A model generated the notes under the pieces. It saw only the letters and a list, made by a program, of their open reading frames with translations, searched no databases and was not told the origin of the DNA. This document shows positions 1-9,599 of a DNA stretch of 64,000 nucleotides, in pieces. Every line of letters starts with the position of its first letter. The first letter of the stretch is position 1. A program made the position numbers and the translations under genes. Source of the DNA: Pedobacter sp. (lineage in GTDB: Bacteria; Desulfobacterota; Desulfuromonadia; Desulfuromonadales; Syntrophotaleaceae); assembly GCA_050253415.1 (NCBI GenBank), contig JBFWJC010000006.1:1-64000 (forward strand), given 5' to 3'.

Positions 1-122
1 GCGATGCTGCAGGTCGCCAGAGAAACATTAACGACAACTTTTTCGCTTTTGCATTTGTTGGCGGCAGCCTGCAGTTCATCACGCTTTTTCTGCAGTTCCG
101 CCAGAGAATTGATCTTGGCCAT
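1..122 (-). CDS. hndB: HndB-like (2Fe-2S) thioredoxin-like ferredoxin subunit of an NAD(P)-linked hydrogenase (5' part only; runs off the window)
   Basis: Manual translation from ATG at 122 gives MAKINSLAELQKKRDELQAAANKCKSEKVVVNVSLATCSIA. A GGGGAG SD lies upstream, the V.V..ATC.IA motif is typical of HndB, and the gene directly follows the hndA-like gene. It is not in the ORF track. Confidence 0.75.
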   Translation of the reverse strand, partial: MAKINSLAELQKKRDELQAAANKCKSEKVVVNVSLATCSI

Positions 123-141
123 ATCGTGTTATCTCCCCGTA

Positions 142-741
142 TTAAGCGAAGTCAGAAATAATGTCTTTTACTTGGTCAGCCGTAACATTGGCGTAAACCT
201 TCTCCCCTACCAGAACAACCGGAGCGAGGGCACAAGCACCAACGCAACGCAGGCAATCGATGGAGAATTTGCCGTCTTTAGTTACTTCGCTGATTTCAAC
301 ACCGAGTTGCTGCTTGAATGCATGAACAACTTTGTCGGCGCCGGTAACGAAGCAGGCGGTACCCATGCAGACGGAGATCGGATGCTTGCCTTTGGGGATC
401 ATGGTGAAAAAGGTGTAGAAACTGACGACACCATAAACTTTGGCCAGGGACTCGTCCATTTGATCGGCAACGAATTCCTGTACTTCTTTAGGCAGGTAAC
501 CGAACAAGCTCTGGGCTTTGTGCAGAACTGTTACCAAATGACCTTGCTTGGTGGGCAGCGAGGCTACGAAATCGGCCAGTTGCTGATACAGAGTTGCCGG
601 CAACGTGGCACGATCTGGAATCCTGCATTCCCCGGTTTTCTGACATGTTGACGTTTGCATACTGTTCTTCCTCTCCTTTTGATTCGCCAAATCAGAATTT
701 GGCTTTGGTTTACGAAAGAAACTCAGAATCTTCTTCAGCAT
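142..741 (-). CDS. hndA: NuoE/HndA-family [2Fe-2S] subunit of an NAD(P)-linked hydrogenase
   Basis: LHKAQSLFGYLP, VYGVVSFY, CMGTAC...CVGAC (Cx4C...Cx3C). There is an alternative in-frame ATG at 660. Confidence 0.88.
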   Translation of the reverse strand: MLKKILSFFRKPKPNSDLANQKERKNSMQTSTCQKTGECRIPDRATLPATLYQQLADFVASLPTKQGHLVTVLHKAQSLFGYLPKEVQEFVADQMDESLAKVYGVVSFYTFFTMIPKGKHPISVCMGTACFVTGADKVVHAFKQQLGVEISEVTKDGKFSIDCLRCVGACALAPVVLVGEKVYANVTADQVKDIISDFA

Positions 742-1507
742 TGGCGCCTCCTCTTATCAAAAAAACGTAATATGGAAAATAACAGCGAAAACACCCTTTT
801 TAATGTAAAACGGTTTTCCGCACAAATAACAATCATCAAACCACGCCTGACGCAACCGCCGTCAAGCATACCCCAAACAGCTGCAAATAAACCATATTAT
901 AGGCATTAGTGTCAATGACATAACTGCATAAATTTAAAACACTTTTTGGAACAAAAGGGAGCAAATTGTGTATCAATTCGGAACAATTTGTACCAAAATG
1001 AAAAGTTATTACCTGCCAAGAATCGCAACCTCTCGAAAAGCCGCCATTTTATGCCAAGAATAGAAATATATCCAGCGAGATTAGAAGCATGTAAAGGGGT
1101 ATGGCTACCCCAAGAGAAACCGTTTGCACGTGAGTAGAACAACGGTTCTTCGGAAGACAGGGTCCGCGCTATTAGAATGTTGGTTCTACCAAAATTCATA
1201 GAGGGCTATTTTGAATTCTAGATTAAGAGGCATGAAATGCCTGCAAAGGAGGATTTGTTTTGCCAAAATCGGTCGTATATAACCACCTTTTTCATCATTG
1301 GTCAACACTATATTTAGTGTTCAATAATACTGCAAAGTGCCCTATTTCGTGACACGCAGTGAGACAAAATGAAACACTGGCTCACGGCATCAATTTCATG
1401 AAGTCATTTCAGCTATGATTGGTAGTACTCAAAACAATTTGTCTTTCAATCGGAATGTTGGTAAAGTGATCAGCTTGCTTATTTATCGATAAAGGAGTTT
1501 CATAGAT

Positions 1508-1813
1508 ATGACGAAAGAAAAAAAATCACTTACCGGAAAACAGGTCAGGCACCTGAGAGCTCTAGGGCATCATTTAAAGCCTGTCGTGTTAGTTGGTAAG
1601 GAGGGTGTGTCTCCCTCACTTATAATCACCATCGATGAGTGTCTTTCAAACCACGAGCTACTCAAAATCAAATTATTGGAAACGTGCCCTGAAGATCGTC
1701 GTGAAGCCGCTGCGGAAATCGCAAAGCAAACCGGCTCCCACGTAGCACAGGTGCTTGGCAGAACTATTCTTCTCTATCGCAAGGGCGAAACCCCGGAAAT
1801 CACCTTGCCATAA
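1508..1813 (+). CDS. yhbY: CRM-domain RNA-binding protein YhbY
   Basis: LRALGHHLKPVVLVGKEG, HELLKIK, QVLGRTILLYR; AAGGAG SD. Confidence 0.95.
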   Translation: MTKEKKSLTGKQVRHLRALGHHLKPVVLVGKEGVSPSLIITIDECLSNHELLKIKLLETCPEDRREAAAEIAKQTGSHVAQVLGRTILLYRKGETPEITLP

Positions 1814-1849
1814 TATATTGCAAGAGGTGTTTTTCAATGTTTTACCAAA

Positions 1850-2980
1850 TCAAACTGGTTCGTAAGGTTCAAACAGCTTCTTGAACTCATCCAAGGCATA
1901 ACGATCCGTCATGCCGGCTACCAGGTCACAAATGGTGCGTTCCCGCCCAAAAATTTCAAATTTCCGGTGATATTCTACGGGTAGTAACGATGGCGTTTTC
2001 AGATAGCTTTCGAAAATCATAGAGAGGATGCGCTCCACTTTGATGCGCATCCTCTCTACTTTGTGATGCCTGTATAGCCGCTCCCTGAGAAAATTCTTCA
2101 ATATTCTATTCTGCTCCTGTATGCCGCTGCTAAACGATACAACCCTGCCGGTCTGCCGTCGCACATCCTCTTCTGTTTTTATTTCTCGCTTATCAATGTT
2201 AGCAAGGGTTGTTGCCACAACATCAGCAATCAGTTTCCCGATCAGGGAACTTATTGTTTGGTAAATATGTCTTGTTTGATCCAAGGCAGGGTATTTCTGT
2301 ATGATTTCAGCAAAGGTTGCTTTCCAGATTGGTACGCCTTGCAATTCATCAAGGCTAATATAGCCAGCCTTTAAACCATCATCAATATCATGGTTGTTGT
2401 ACGCAATCTCATCCGCCAAATCGATTATCTGGGCTTCGAGAGGAGGAGGAACTTCCGGGAAATATTCTTGTGCCTCGACACAGGCACAACAGGAGTGTCC
2501 GGAATGCTTGATAATCCCCTCGCGGGTTTCCCACGTAAGATTTAAACCGTCAAAGCCCGGGTATCGCTCTTCAAGCAATTCGACTATGCGCAGAGATTGG
2601 CGGTTGTGTTCAAAGCCACCATTTCCTTGCATGAGACGGTTCAGAACTTCTTCTCCGGTATGGCCAAAAGGGGTGTGCCCCAGATCGTGGGCAAGAGACA
2701 GTGCCTCTACTAAATCTTCGTTGAGAAGCAAAAGACGCGCTATGCCGCGTGCGATTTGCGCAACTTCCAATGAGTGCGTAAGCCTCGTGCGATAATAATC
2801 GCCTTCGTGGTTTACAAACACCTGGGTTTTATATTCAAGGCGCCTGAATGCAGCACAATGTATGATGCGGTCGCGGTCTCTGGCAAAAGCCGTACGTTCG
2901 TCCCTGAAATCTTCATGGTGGCGGCGTCCGCGAGTCTGATTACTGCGAACTGCATAAGGGGCAAGGTCAGGTCGTTCCAT
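1850..2980 (-). CDS. dgt: dGTP triphosphohydrolase-like HD protein
   Basis: FRRLEYKTQVF, RTRLTHSLEVAQIAR, HDLGHTPFGH, GFEHN, AGMTDRYA. Confidence 0.95.
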   Translation of the reverse strand: MERPDLAPYAVRSNQTRGRRHHEDFRDERTAFARDRDRIIHCAAFRRLEYKTQVFVNHEGDYYRTRLTHSLEVAQIARGIARLLLLNEDLVEALSLAHDLGHTPFGHTGEEVLNRLMQGNGGFEHNRQSLRIVELLEERYPGFDGLNLTWETREGIIKHSGHSCCACVEAQEYFPEVPPPLEAQIIDLADEIAYNNHDIDDGLKAGYISLDELQGVPIWKATFAEIIQKYPALDQTRHIYQTISSLIGKLIADVVATTLANIDKREIKTEEDVRRQTGRVVSFSSGIQEQNRILKNFLRERLYRHHKVERMRIKVERILSMIFESYLKTPSLLPVEYHRKFEIFGRERTICDLVAGMTDRYALDEFKKLFEPYEPV

Positions 2981-3151
2981 ACCAATCCTCCGATTAACGG
3001 ATCATGTCTACCGCATGTACCATAATCCGTGAGATCATTGACAATAAGATACTGTAATTCTTTGCTAAGTCTTCTTGACCCAATTGGTGCGCTATGTTAA
3101 CTTTTGCGCGTCTTTGATCAAGTATTTCAAGCCAAAAGAGGGAGCCTCTCC

Positions 3152-3730
3152 GTGCGCATTATAAGCGGATCAGCCAAAGGAAGAAAGCTCCGACAGTTTA
3201 AGGGGCAACATATCAGACCTACAGCAGATAGAGTTCGGGAGGCTATCTTCAGCAGTTTGTTAAGCCGATTGGGCTCTTTTGAAAACCTGACGGTTCTCGA
3301 TCTCTTTGCAGGTACCGGCGCCTTGAGCCTTGAAGCTCTTAGCCGAGGAGCGTCGCGAGCGGTGCTTGTTGACCCCAGTGCCCAGTCTGCAGAAATAATC
3401 ACGGAAAACATTCAGACATGCCGCATGGATGACCGTGCCACACTGTTTAAGATGCCTGCCAGTAATTTTATTGCCAAGCCGGCACCCTCGGGACCTTTTG
3501 ATCTCATCTTTCTTGATCCGCCCTACAACAAAAACCTCATCGTTCCAACTTTGCATAAAATCGTGCAAAATGGGATTCTTGCCAAGGAAGGCCTGATTTG
3601 TATCGAGTCCGCTCGCGAAGACTCCATCCCGGATGACTTGCCAGGGCTTATGTTGTTAAGTCGTCGTGAATACGGCTCGACCGCAGTTTCTTTCTACTCT
3701 CTTTCCACCTCAATGGAAGACCACCTATGA
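3152..3730 (+). CDS. rsmD: 16S rRNA m2G966 methyltransferase RsmD
   Basis: RIISG..KGRKL, RPTADRVREAIF, LDLFAGTGAL, DPPY. GTG start at 3152 follows a GAGGGAG SD. Confidence 0.93.
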   Translation: MRIISGSAKGRKLRQFKGQHIRPTADRVREAIFSSLLSRLGSFENLTVLDLFAGTGALSLEALSRGASRAVLVDPSAQSAEIITENIQTCRMDDRATLFKMPASNFIAKPAPSGPFDLIFLDPPYNKNLIVPTLHKIVQNGILAKEGLICIESAREDSIPDDLPGLMLLSRREYGSTAVSFYSLSTSMEDHL

Positions 3731-4227
3731 AAAAACGTATCGCTGTTTATCCAGGGTCCTTCGATCCAATAACTAACGGTCACCTGGATATTATTCAGAG
3801 AGGGCTGGAAATTTTCGATGAGCTTATCGTTGCTGTAGCTCACAATGTTTCCAAAAATAGCCTTTTTTCCATTGATGAACGGTTGGCATTGATTAAAGAA
3901 ACCGTCAAGGACTTCCCTCAGGTTCGAGTTGATACATTCCAAGGCTTGCTGGTTAACTACGTTGCGCGCCAAGATGCCCGCGTGGTTTTAAGAGGGTTGA
4001 GAGCGGTATCCGACTTTGAAAACGAATTCCAACTGGCGCAAATGAATCATTCCATGGACAAGCAACTTGAAACTCTGTTCATGATGACATCGGTTTCCTA
4101 TGGGTATCTGAGCTCTTCTATCGTAAAAGAAGTTGCGACTTGGGGGGGGGATATTGCTGATTTTGTTCCGCCATGCGTTAATAATGCTTTAAAAGAAAAA
4201 TTCCCGATAGCAGAAAAAAGCGACTAA
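3727..4227 (+). CDS. coaD: Phosphopantetheine adenylyltransferase
   Basis: YPGSFDPITNGHLDII, RGLRAVSDFE, SSSIVKE; ATGA overlap with rsmD. Confidence 0.97.
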   Translation: MKKRIAVYPGSFDPITNGHLDIIQRGLEIFDELIVAVAHNVSKNSLFSIDERLALIKETVKDFPQVRVDTFQGLLVNYVARQDARVVLRGLRAVSDFENEFQLAQMNHSMDKQLETLFMMTSVSYGYLSSSIVKEVATWGGDIADFVPPCVNNALKEKFPIAEKSD

Positions 4228-4310
4228 CTTGAATCGACAGGATTGGATGTCATCACTCCAACCCTTTGGAATCGATAAAAGATCGGACCATTACTGAGCA
4301 CACAGGCTTT

Positions 4311-5030
4311 TTAGTCCTGCCAGCCTTCAAATTTGTCCACGAAGCGTTCGAGAGCGTCAACCACCAATTGCTCAATCTTGGCGCCCTTGTCGACTGTCGC
4401 CTTGGTAGGGTCTCCCCACACGCCGCCTGGCCAGTATCGCCGTTTGTTCCGAACAAGCATTCCCATGGGGAAACTAGGGAATTCTCTTTCCGCATTGCCC
4501 TTGACAAGATGAGGATGAGAGTAAAGCATGCGAGATGTCTCGATTTCTCCGGCATGGGAATCACCCTGGGTCTCTATGAGCCCCCTGCCCTCATCGGCCG
4601 CAAGTTGATATTCGGTCAAGACCGCAATCTTCACATCGGCAAACCGCTCCAGCAACTCTTCTCCTGCATCGATAAGCGCTGCATTGTGAGTGCCTCCAGC
4701 GTGACCGGTAAGTAAAATAAAATTTCTCAGTCCATGGCGATACAGTGAAGACACGATATCGCAAACCAGAGCTCTAAGGGTATCGGTCGTAATGGTTATA
4801 GTTCCCGGATGTTGCGAGGTTGAGCGGCAGACACCGTAGGAAACAGCAGGTGCAACAAACAGCGGACGCCGTTCAGCAAGGCGCCGCCCCACTGCAACAG
4901 CCTGCAATGTATCTGTGGACAGGGGCAGATGGGGGCCGTGTTCTTCCGTTGCCCCGAAGGGAATGTAGACCGTTCGAGTTTTATTGAGCCCGGCAACAAA
5001 CTCGGGCATAGTCATGTCTTCAATAATCAC
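4311..5030 (-). CDS. Creatininase-family amidohydrolase
   Basis: GATEEHGPHLPLSTD, GHAGG, HAGEIETS, GVWGDP. GTG start at 5030 follows GGGAGG. Confidence 0.9.
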   Translation of the reverse strand: MIIEDMTMPEFVAGLNKTRTVYIPFGATEEHGPHLPLSTDTLQAVAVGRRLAERRPLFVAPAVSYGVCRSTSQHPGTITITTDTLRALVCDIVSSLYRHGLRNFILLTGHAGGTHNAALIDAGEELLERFADVKIAVLTEYQLAADEGRGLIETQGDSHAGEIETSRMLYSHPHLVKGNAEREFPSFPMGMLVRNKRRYWPGGVWGDPTKATVDKGAKIEQLVVDALERFVDKFEGWQD

Positions 5031-5068
5031 GCAAAGCCTCCCGATCAATACATCTGAAATGCTGCAAT

Positions 5069-5830
5069 TTACAAGAGCCCCAAAAACACATGCGTTTGCG
5101 GAATGACCCTTATATTTCCATGAACACCGGAAAGACTCGCCTGTAATGCCAATAAATGGTCATTGGACATATCCACCTTCCCCCCTCGCGTTACCGGTTG
5201 CAGGCAGATAGTTATATCAGGCGCGATTTGATGGACAAGTCTTCCCAGGTCCCGCATCTCCTCATCCGTGGTCTCCTCTGCAACAACAGCCTTAACCCAA
5301 ACACGGGTTTTTCTGGCTAATTCCAGAAAGGATTGATGAAGTTGCCAAGGGGTAGCGACCCCTGTTACGGAAGACAGTTTGACATCCATGGAGATCCATT
5401 CAATATCCGGCACTAAAGCCCCCAAGGATTTCGGACAGGTTCCATTGGTTTCCAGATGCACTGGCAGGATATCACGCAAGACCGGTAGCCACTCTTGCAA
5501 GATATCACCCTGAAGCAATGGCTCCCCACCGGTAAGGCTGATGGAATGATGCATGCCAGGCGAACGTTCAACCCATTGGGCAATAATGCCGGCAAGAACT
5601 TCCAATGATACAGGGTTGGGTACATTGCGAAACTGTCCGGATCCAGGAGCGTCTTCGATGCGACAATAGTCCTGAGGGGAAAAATCGGTATCGCAATAAG
5701 CACAATCGAGATTACACCCCGCCATTCTTACAAAAATCTGGCGACAACCAATCAGCCCCCCCTCCCCTTGAATTGAAGAGAAGACTTCCAGGAGCTGAGC
5801 TTCACTCGAGGGAATAACTTGCACAGGCAT
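5069..5830 (-). CDS. queE: 7-carboxy-7-deazaguanine synthase (radical SAM)
   Basis: EVFSSIQGEG, GCNLDCAYCDT (Cx3Cx2C), TGGEPLL, ETNGT, PQTH; adjacent to queD. Confidence 0.92.
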   Translation of the reverse strand: MPVQVIPSSEAQLLEVFSSIQGEGGLIGCRQIFVRMAGCNLDCAYCDTDFSPQDYCRIEDAPGSGQFRNVPNPVSLEVLAGIIAQWVERSPGMHHSISLTGGEPLLQGDILQEWLPVLRDILPVHLETNGTCPKSLGALVPDIEWISMDVKLSSVTGVATPWQLHQSFLELARKTRVWVKAVVAEETTDEEMRDLGRLVHQIAPDITICLQPVTRGGKVDMSNDHLLALQASLSGVHGNIRVIPQTHVFLGLL

Positions 5831-6170
5831 GGTCCGACTCCCAGATACGAACGCTTTCTACCGTTACTGATTTTTTAAAGACATCAACCAGTTCCTCAAA
5901 CACAAAACGAGCGATATTTTCCGAGGAAGGGCTAATTCCTTTAAAGAACGGAAGGTCATTGAGGTACTTATGATCAAGCAGATCAAGAATACGATTGGTT
6001 TCCTTTTTGAGAATTTTAAAATCAATTCCCAGCCCTGCTTTGTCGAGCTCCTGGGTTGCCACCGTTACTTCAACTTTCCAATTGTGGCCATGCAAATTTT
6101 CGCAATCACCCTGATAATTCATCAAATTATGAGCCGCGGCAAAGTGAGTGAAAATCATCAAGCGATACAT
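5802..6170 (-). CDS. queD: 6-carboxy-5,6,7,8-tetrahydropterin synthase
   Basis: FAAAH, CENLHGHNW, DF, LDHKYLND, SSENIA. Confidence 0.95.
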   Translation of the reverse strand: MYRLMIFTHFAAAHNLMNYQGDCENLHGHNWKVEVTVATQELDKAGLGIDFKILKKETNRILDLLDHKYLNDLPFFKGISPSSENIARFVFEELVDVFKKSVTVESVRIWESDHACASYSLE

Positions 6171-6208
6171 TAGCTTTTAACTCCAATTATTTGTTTTTTC
6201 AGCGTTAT

Positions 6209-6397
6209 TTATAAATCGAAATCATCTTTCGGCTGACTATCATCTACGGGAACACGGTATTCTTCATCCACCCAGGCACCAAGATCGATCTGAAGGCACC
6301 GACGGGAACAAAAAGGGCGATGAGCATTATTCTCCCAATGGGTCGTCGCTCCACAACGAGGGCATTTAAGAGTCAGGGATTTTAAATTATTTGTCAT
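6209..6397 (-). CDS. yacG: DNA gyrase inhibitor YacG (zinc finger)
   Basis: CPRC...RPFCSRRC..IDLGAW.DEEYR. Confidence 0.93.
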   Translation of the reverse strand: MTNNLKSLTLKCPRCGATTHWENNAHRPFCSRRCLQIDLGAWVDEEYRVPVDDSQPKDDFDL

Positions 6398-6528
6398 ACC
6401 TTGAAGCCTCATAAAGAATAACGTGTCATTCAGACCAAATTAGCATATGGGGGGCCTGGACACAATCTCCGAGAGTTAAAAAGGGTAACGGTTCCCGAAT
6501 TCAGGGGGCTTAAGGACCGGATAAGATC

Positions 6529-6561
6529 AAAAAAAAGGGCAGGCTAATAGCCTGCCCTTTT
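6529..6561 (-). terminator. Intrinsic terminator after tRNA-Gly
   Basis: AAAAGGGCAGGCTA-A-TAGCCTGCCCTTTT inverted repeat with a U-tract on the minus strand. Confidence 0.85.
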
Positions 6562-6569
6562 GAAATTAT

Positions 6570-6644
<75 letters not shown>

Positions 6645-6657
6645 TCTGTGGGCCGGA

Positions 6658-6686
6658 ATTATAGGAGCGCCTTCAGCTATTGTCAA
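6658..6686 (-). promoter_or_regulatory. Consensus sigma70 promoter of tRNA-Gly
   Basis: TTGACA-N17-TATAAT, a perfect match; the -35 box lies inside the last codons of the upstream gene. Confidence 0.85.
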
Positions 6687-8004
6687 CGGATTTTTTCGAC
6701 CGTAATCGCAAAAATTCACGCGCCTGCTCTGCGGAATGAACCCTGCCTGCGATCTCCTCACATCTTAGGGCATGCAAAGCTTCACCTACAAGGGGCCCCG
6801 GTTTCATTTCAAGATGTTGACACAGCCAATTACCATCAACGAGATCTGTAATTGTTTCTGCGCGCTTATATTCTTCAACAAGGGACGACACATGCATGAA
6901 AAGTTCCGGCCTATATTCGCTAGTATTGCATGCCAAAAAAAACAAACAACCTACAGGGTCGGAACCTAACCCGCTAACCCACCAAAAACGGCCACGAAAC
7001 CCACACCTCAGTCTGCTTAACTCCGCCAGTTTAGACGAGGCAAGACTCCAGTATCCAAGCAAGGCCTTAGAAGTCATACGGGACAGTTTCAGGCCAGAAA
7101 TCACCCTTTGAACATCACCGATCGGCCTGCCTTGCAAGATCACGCCTAGAGTAAGCGTAGTCTGCCTTGAAAAACCATCCTCAAACTCTTCCTGCATGAT
7201 CTTCAGGAAACTTCGTGCCTTTTCTGACGCCATGACCTCCTGTATATTGCGGCCAAACGTTTCAAGGGAGTCCATAACGACTGTAAACTGTCTCTCCCCT
7301 ATCCACTCACCGAAAATGGCTTGCGCCAAACCTATAACATGCAGCCACCGAAATACGGTTGCAGGTTCTTCATCGTTAAGCAGAAGGCCAATTTCCTTGC
7401 GTACCCTTTCCTTAGCCACACGTTGCAGCAAGGGGGCAGATACACGCATTAACTCCATGGTCTTCTCAGTCGCGGTAAGGTGCAAGACTTTGCAGTGTCG
7501 TATACCTTTGAGGGTACGCAAGGGGTCGCTACATAAAACCCTTTCGGAACAAACTGCCAATTGTCCCAAACTTAAATCAGAAAGGCCATTCAGGGGGTCA
7601 TAAAAGTCATCTGGTTTGATATCGGCACGGATACGCATCGCGGTCGCATTGACTGTAAAATCGCGCAAGGACAGATCTTCAAAAAGACTCATGGAACGTA
7701 AGGTTCCAAAATCACATAACAACTGGCCATCACAGAGAGATACAACAATGCGACTCTGGCGTCGTTTTTCATCGAGAAAAAACCAGGTTCCAGATAAGTG
7801 ACGTGCAAGTTTTTGAGCAAGACAGGTAGGATCAAAGGGCGTGACAAAATCGAAATCGTTGCAGATCCGTCCGAGAAACGCGTCCCGGATCGCCCCTCCG
7901 ACAAGAAAACATGTTTGCCCGGCAGAAAGCAACCCTGACAGCTCCCGTATCAAAGATACTTTATGCAAATCATGGCACACCTGCTGAAGAGACCGTATCT
8001 TCAT
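6673..8004 (-). CDS. Class II tRNA nucleotidyltransferase family protein (probably CC-adding type)
   Basis: LVGGAIRD..LGR...DFDF, EDLSLRDFTVNA, DPLNGL.DL, DPLR, ERVRKE. Confidence 0.85.
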   Translation of the reverse strand: MKIRSLQQVCHDLHKVSLIRELSGLLSAGQTCFLVGGAIRDAFLGRICNDFDFVTPFDPTCLAQKLARHLSGTWFFLDEKRRQSRIVVSLCDGQLLCDFGTLRSMSLFEDLSLRDFTVNATAMRIRADIKPDDFYDPLNGLSDLSLGQLAVCSERVLCSDPLRTLKGIRHCKVLHLTATEKTMELMRVSAPLLQRVAKERVRKEIGLLLNDEEPATVFRWLHVIGLAQAIFGEWIGERQFTVVMDSLETFGRNIQEVMASEKARSFLKIMQEEFEDGFSRQTTLTLGVILQGRPIGDVQRVISGLKLSRMTSKALLGYWSLASSKLAELSRLRCGFRGRFWWVSGLGSDPVGCLFFLACNTSEYRPELFMHVSSLVEEYKRAETITDLVDGNWLCQHLEMKPGPLVGEALHALRCEEIAGRVHSAEQAREFLRLRSKKSVDNS

Positions 8005-8021
8005 GTGTATTCCTGCCTGAT

Positions 8022-8056
8022 AAAAACAGCAAGGCCCGCTAAAAGCGGGCCTTGCT
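8022..8056 (-). terminator. Intrinsic terminator after the aminotransferase
   Basis: AGCAAGGCCCGCT-AAA-AGCGGGCCTTGCT followed by GTTTTT on the minus strand. Confidence 0.8.
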
Positions 8057-8068
8057 AATTTATCAATC

Positions 8069-9373
8069 TCAGGACAGATCGCCTACTGCCTGGTATATCA
8101 GGTTAAACAATTCGGGTAGATCGTCCTGTTCGATACAGCTGAAAGCAATGCGTAGGTCGGTGCTGTTGATGGCGATGGTGCCGATTCCGTAGGAATCCAG
8201 CAAGTGAACCCTCAAGGCCTCAGCATCGACGGTCTTGAGTTTAAGGCACATGAAATAGCCGGAATTAAATGGATAGAACGACCATGCATCATCGAATGCT
8301 TCGCTATCAAGCACGTCCATGGTTTTAAGAGCACGGCCTTTCATAATCTCAAATTTCTGATGCTTCTGAGCAAGATAGTCCGGAGATTTCAAGCCTTCAA
8401 TAATAAAAGTCTGGGAAGGATGTGGGCAATTTGAAATTGTTCCACGGATAATCCCCAGAGTTTTAGTTTCCAAAACTTTCAAAACATGGGAATCTTCAGA
8501 GGCGCCGCAACCACCAAAGGTGATAAAACCGGTTCTGAACCCCCAGACAAAGTCTTCTTTGGTCGAACCATCGATTTTAACAGCAAGTATGCGCGGGTGC
8601 AGGTCAACCAGACGACCAAAAAGGGATTCCTTAAGGCAATCTTTGTAAAACAACCCAAAATAAGCATCATCGGTAACTACGACCAGATTGCAGCCATTTT
8701 CAGCCTCCTGACGCAAAACTTCGATGATAGCATCCCCTTCGGCCACGCTCGGGGTATAACCACTCGGGTTATTGGGAAAGTTGAGTACAACCAAGGCTTT
8801 GCCATGTTCCATTGCAACCTTGCGCAGAACCTGACGAAAGGCCTCGATATTGTATTCACCTTTTTCGGTGAACGTCGCATGCTTGCAAATCTCGCCATCG
8901 CGTCGTACACCAAAAGTCAGATTGTAATTGCCCCACATCATATCAGCCATAATGATCTTATCGCCTTCATCAACGAAAAGATCGGCAACTATGGAAAGTC
9001 CATGTGTCAGAGCATTGGTTACAATGGGCTCACCGAAAACCTTGCCTGTAAGGCTGGGGTTATCCTTGAGCATTTTTTCCCGCCACAACTTGCGAAGCTC
9101 GGGCTTACCTGCAGGAGGTGCATAGCTATACAAATCAGCAGGATTGAAGGCCGAAAGCTTTTCATGGATGCAAGGCAAGTACATGGGCGCGCCGTTCTCG
9201 GTGGCGATACCGATCGTGGCGTTAAACTTATGAGCCTTGGTTTTGGCCTCAGCGGACTGGGTTAAAATCCCTTTGGGAAAATAGAGATTTTTCCCGAGCC
9301 GTGAAAGCATATCTAAGGCAGCGGAATTTTCCCCTTCCAGCTGCTTGTTCAAGGCAATCGCCAACGGATTCAC
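8069..9373 (-). CDS. PLP-dependent aminotransferase, class I/II
   Basis: NFPNNPSGY, DDAYFGL, STKEDFVWGFRTGF (PLP lysine); GTG start after GGGGAGG. Confidence 0.9.
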   Translation of the reverse strand: MNPLAIALNKQLEGENSAALDMLSRLGKNLYFPKGILTQSAEAKTKAHKFNATIGIATENGAPMYLPCIHEKLSAFNPADLYSYAPPAGKPELRKLWREKMLKDNPSLTGKVFGEPIVTNALTHGLSIVADLFVDEGDKIIMADMMWGNYNLTFGVRRDGEICKHATFTEKGEYNIEAFRQVLRKVAMEHGKALVVLNFPNNPSGYTPSVAEGDAIIEVLRQEAENGCNLVVVTDDAYFGLFYKDCLKESLFGRLVDLHPRILAVKIDGSTKEDFVWGFRTGFITFGGCGASEDSHVLKVLETKTLGIIRGTISNCPHPSQTFIIEGLKSPDYLAQKHQKFEIMKGRALKTMDVLDSEAFDDAWSFYPFNSGYFMCLKLKTVDAEALRVHLLDSYGIGTIAINSTDLRIAFSCIEQDDLPELFNLIYQAVGDLS

Positions 9374-9599
9374 GGTGTTTCCTCCCCGAATTTTAGTTTC
9401 TGGCTAATATGTTGATACCGGCGGTGCGCATTAAAACAAGAATATCCCATTTTTTCAACGGAAATATTCCCTTCACGATGAGCTTTTTTCGCAATTGATT
9501 TTCACTGTCTAACCACTGGTCATCTACAGAGGCCATGATGCACTAAAGTTTTCAAAATGATGGCGGTTATTACTGCATTTTTAATAGAATATCAGGACA

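Noticed and set aside
4..651. Long antisense ORFs (e.g. 4-651, 8486-9265, 22930-23457, 37480-38184, 55796-56389)
   Set aside because: They are shadows of well-supported opposite-strand genes or of the pseudogene, and carry no motifs of their own.
6412..6530. preQ1 riboswitch upstream of yacG-queD-queE
   Set aside because: No preQ1 hairpin with an A-rich tail was recognisable.
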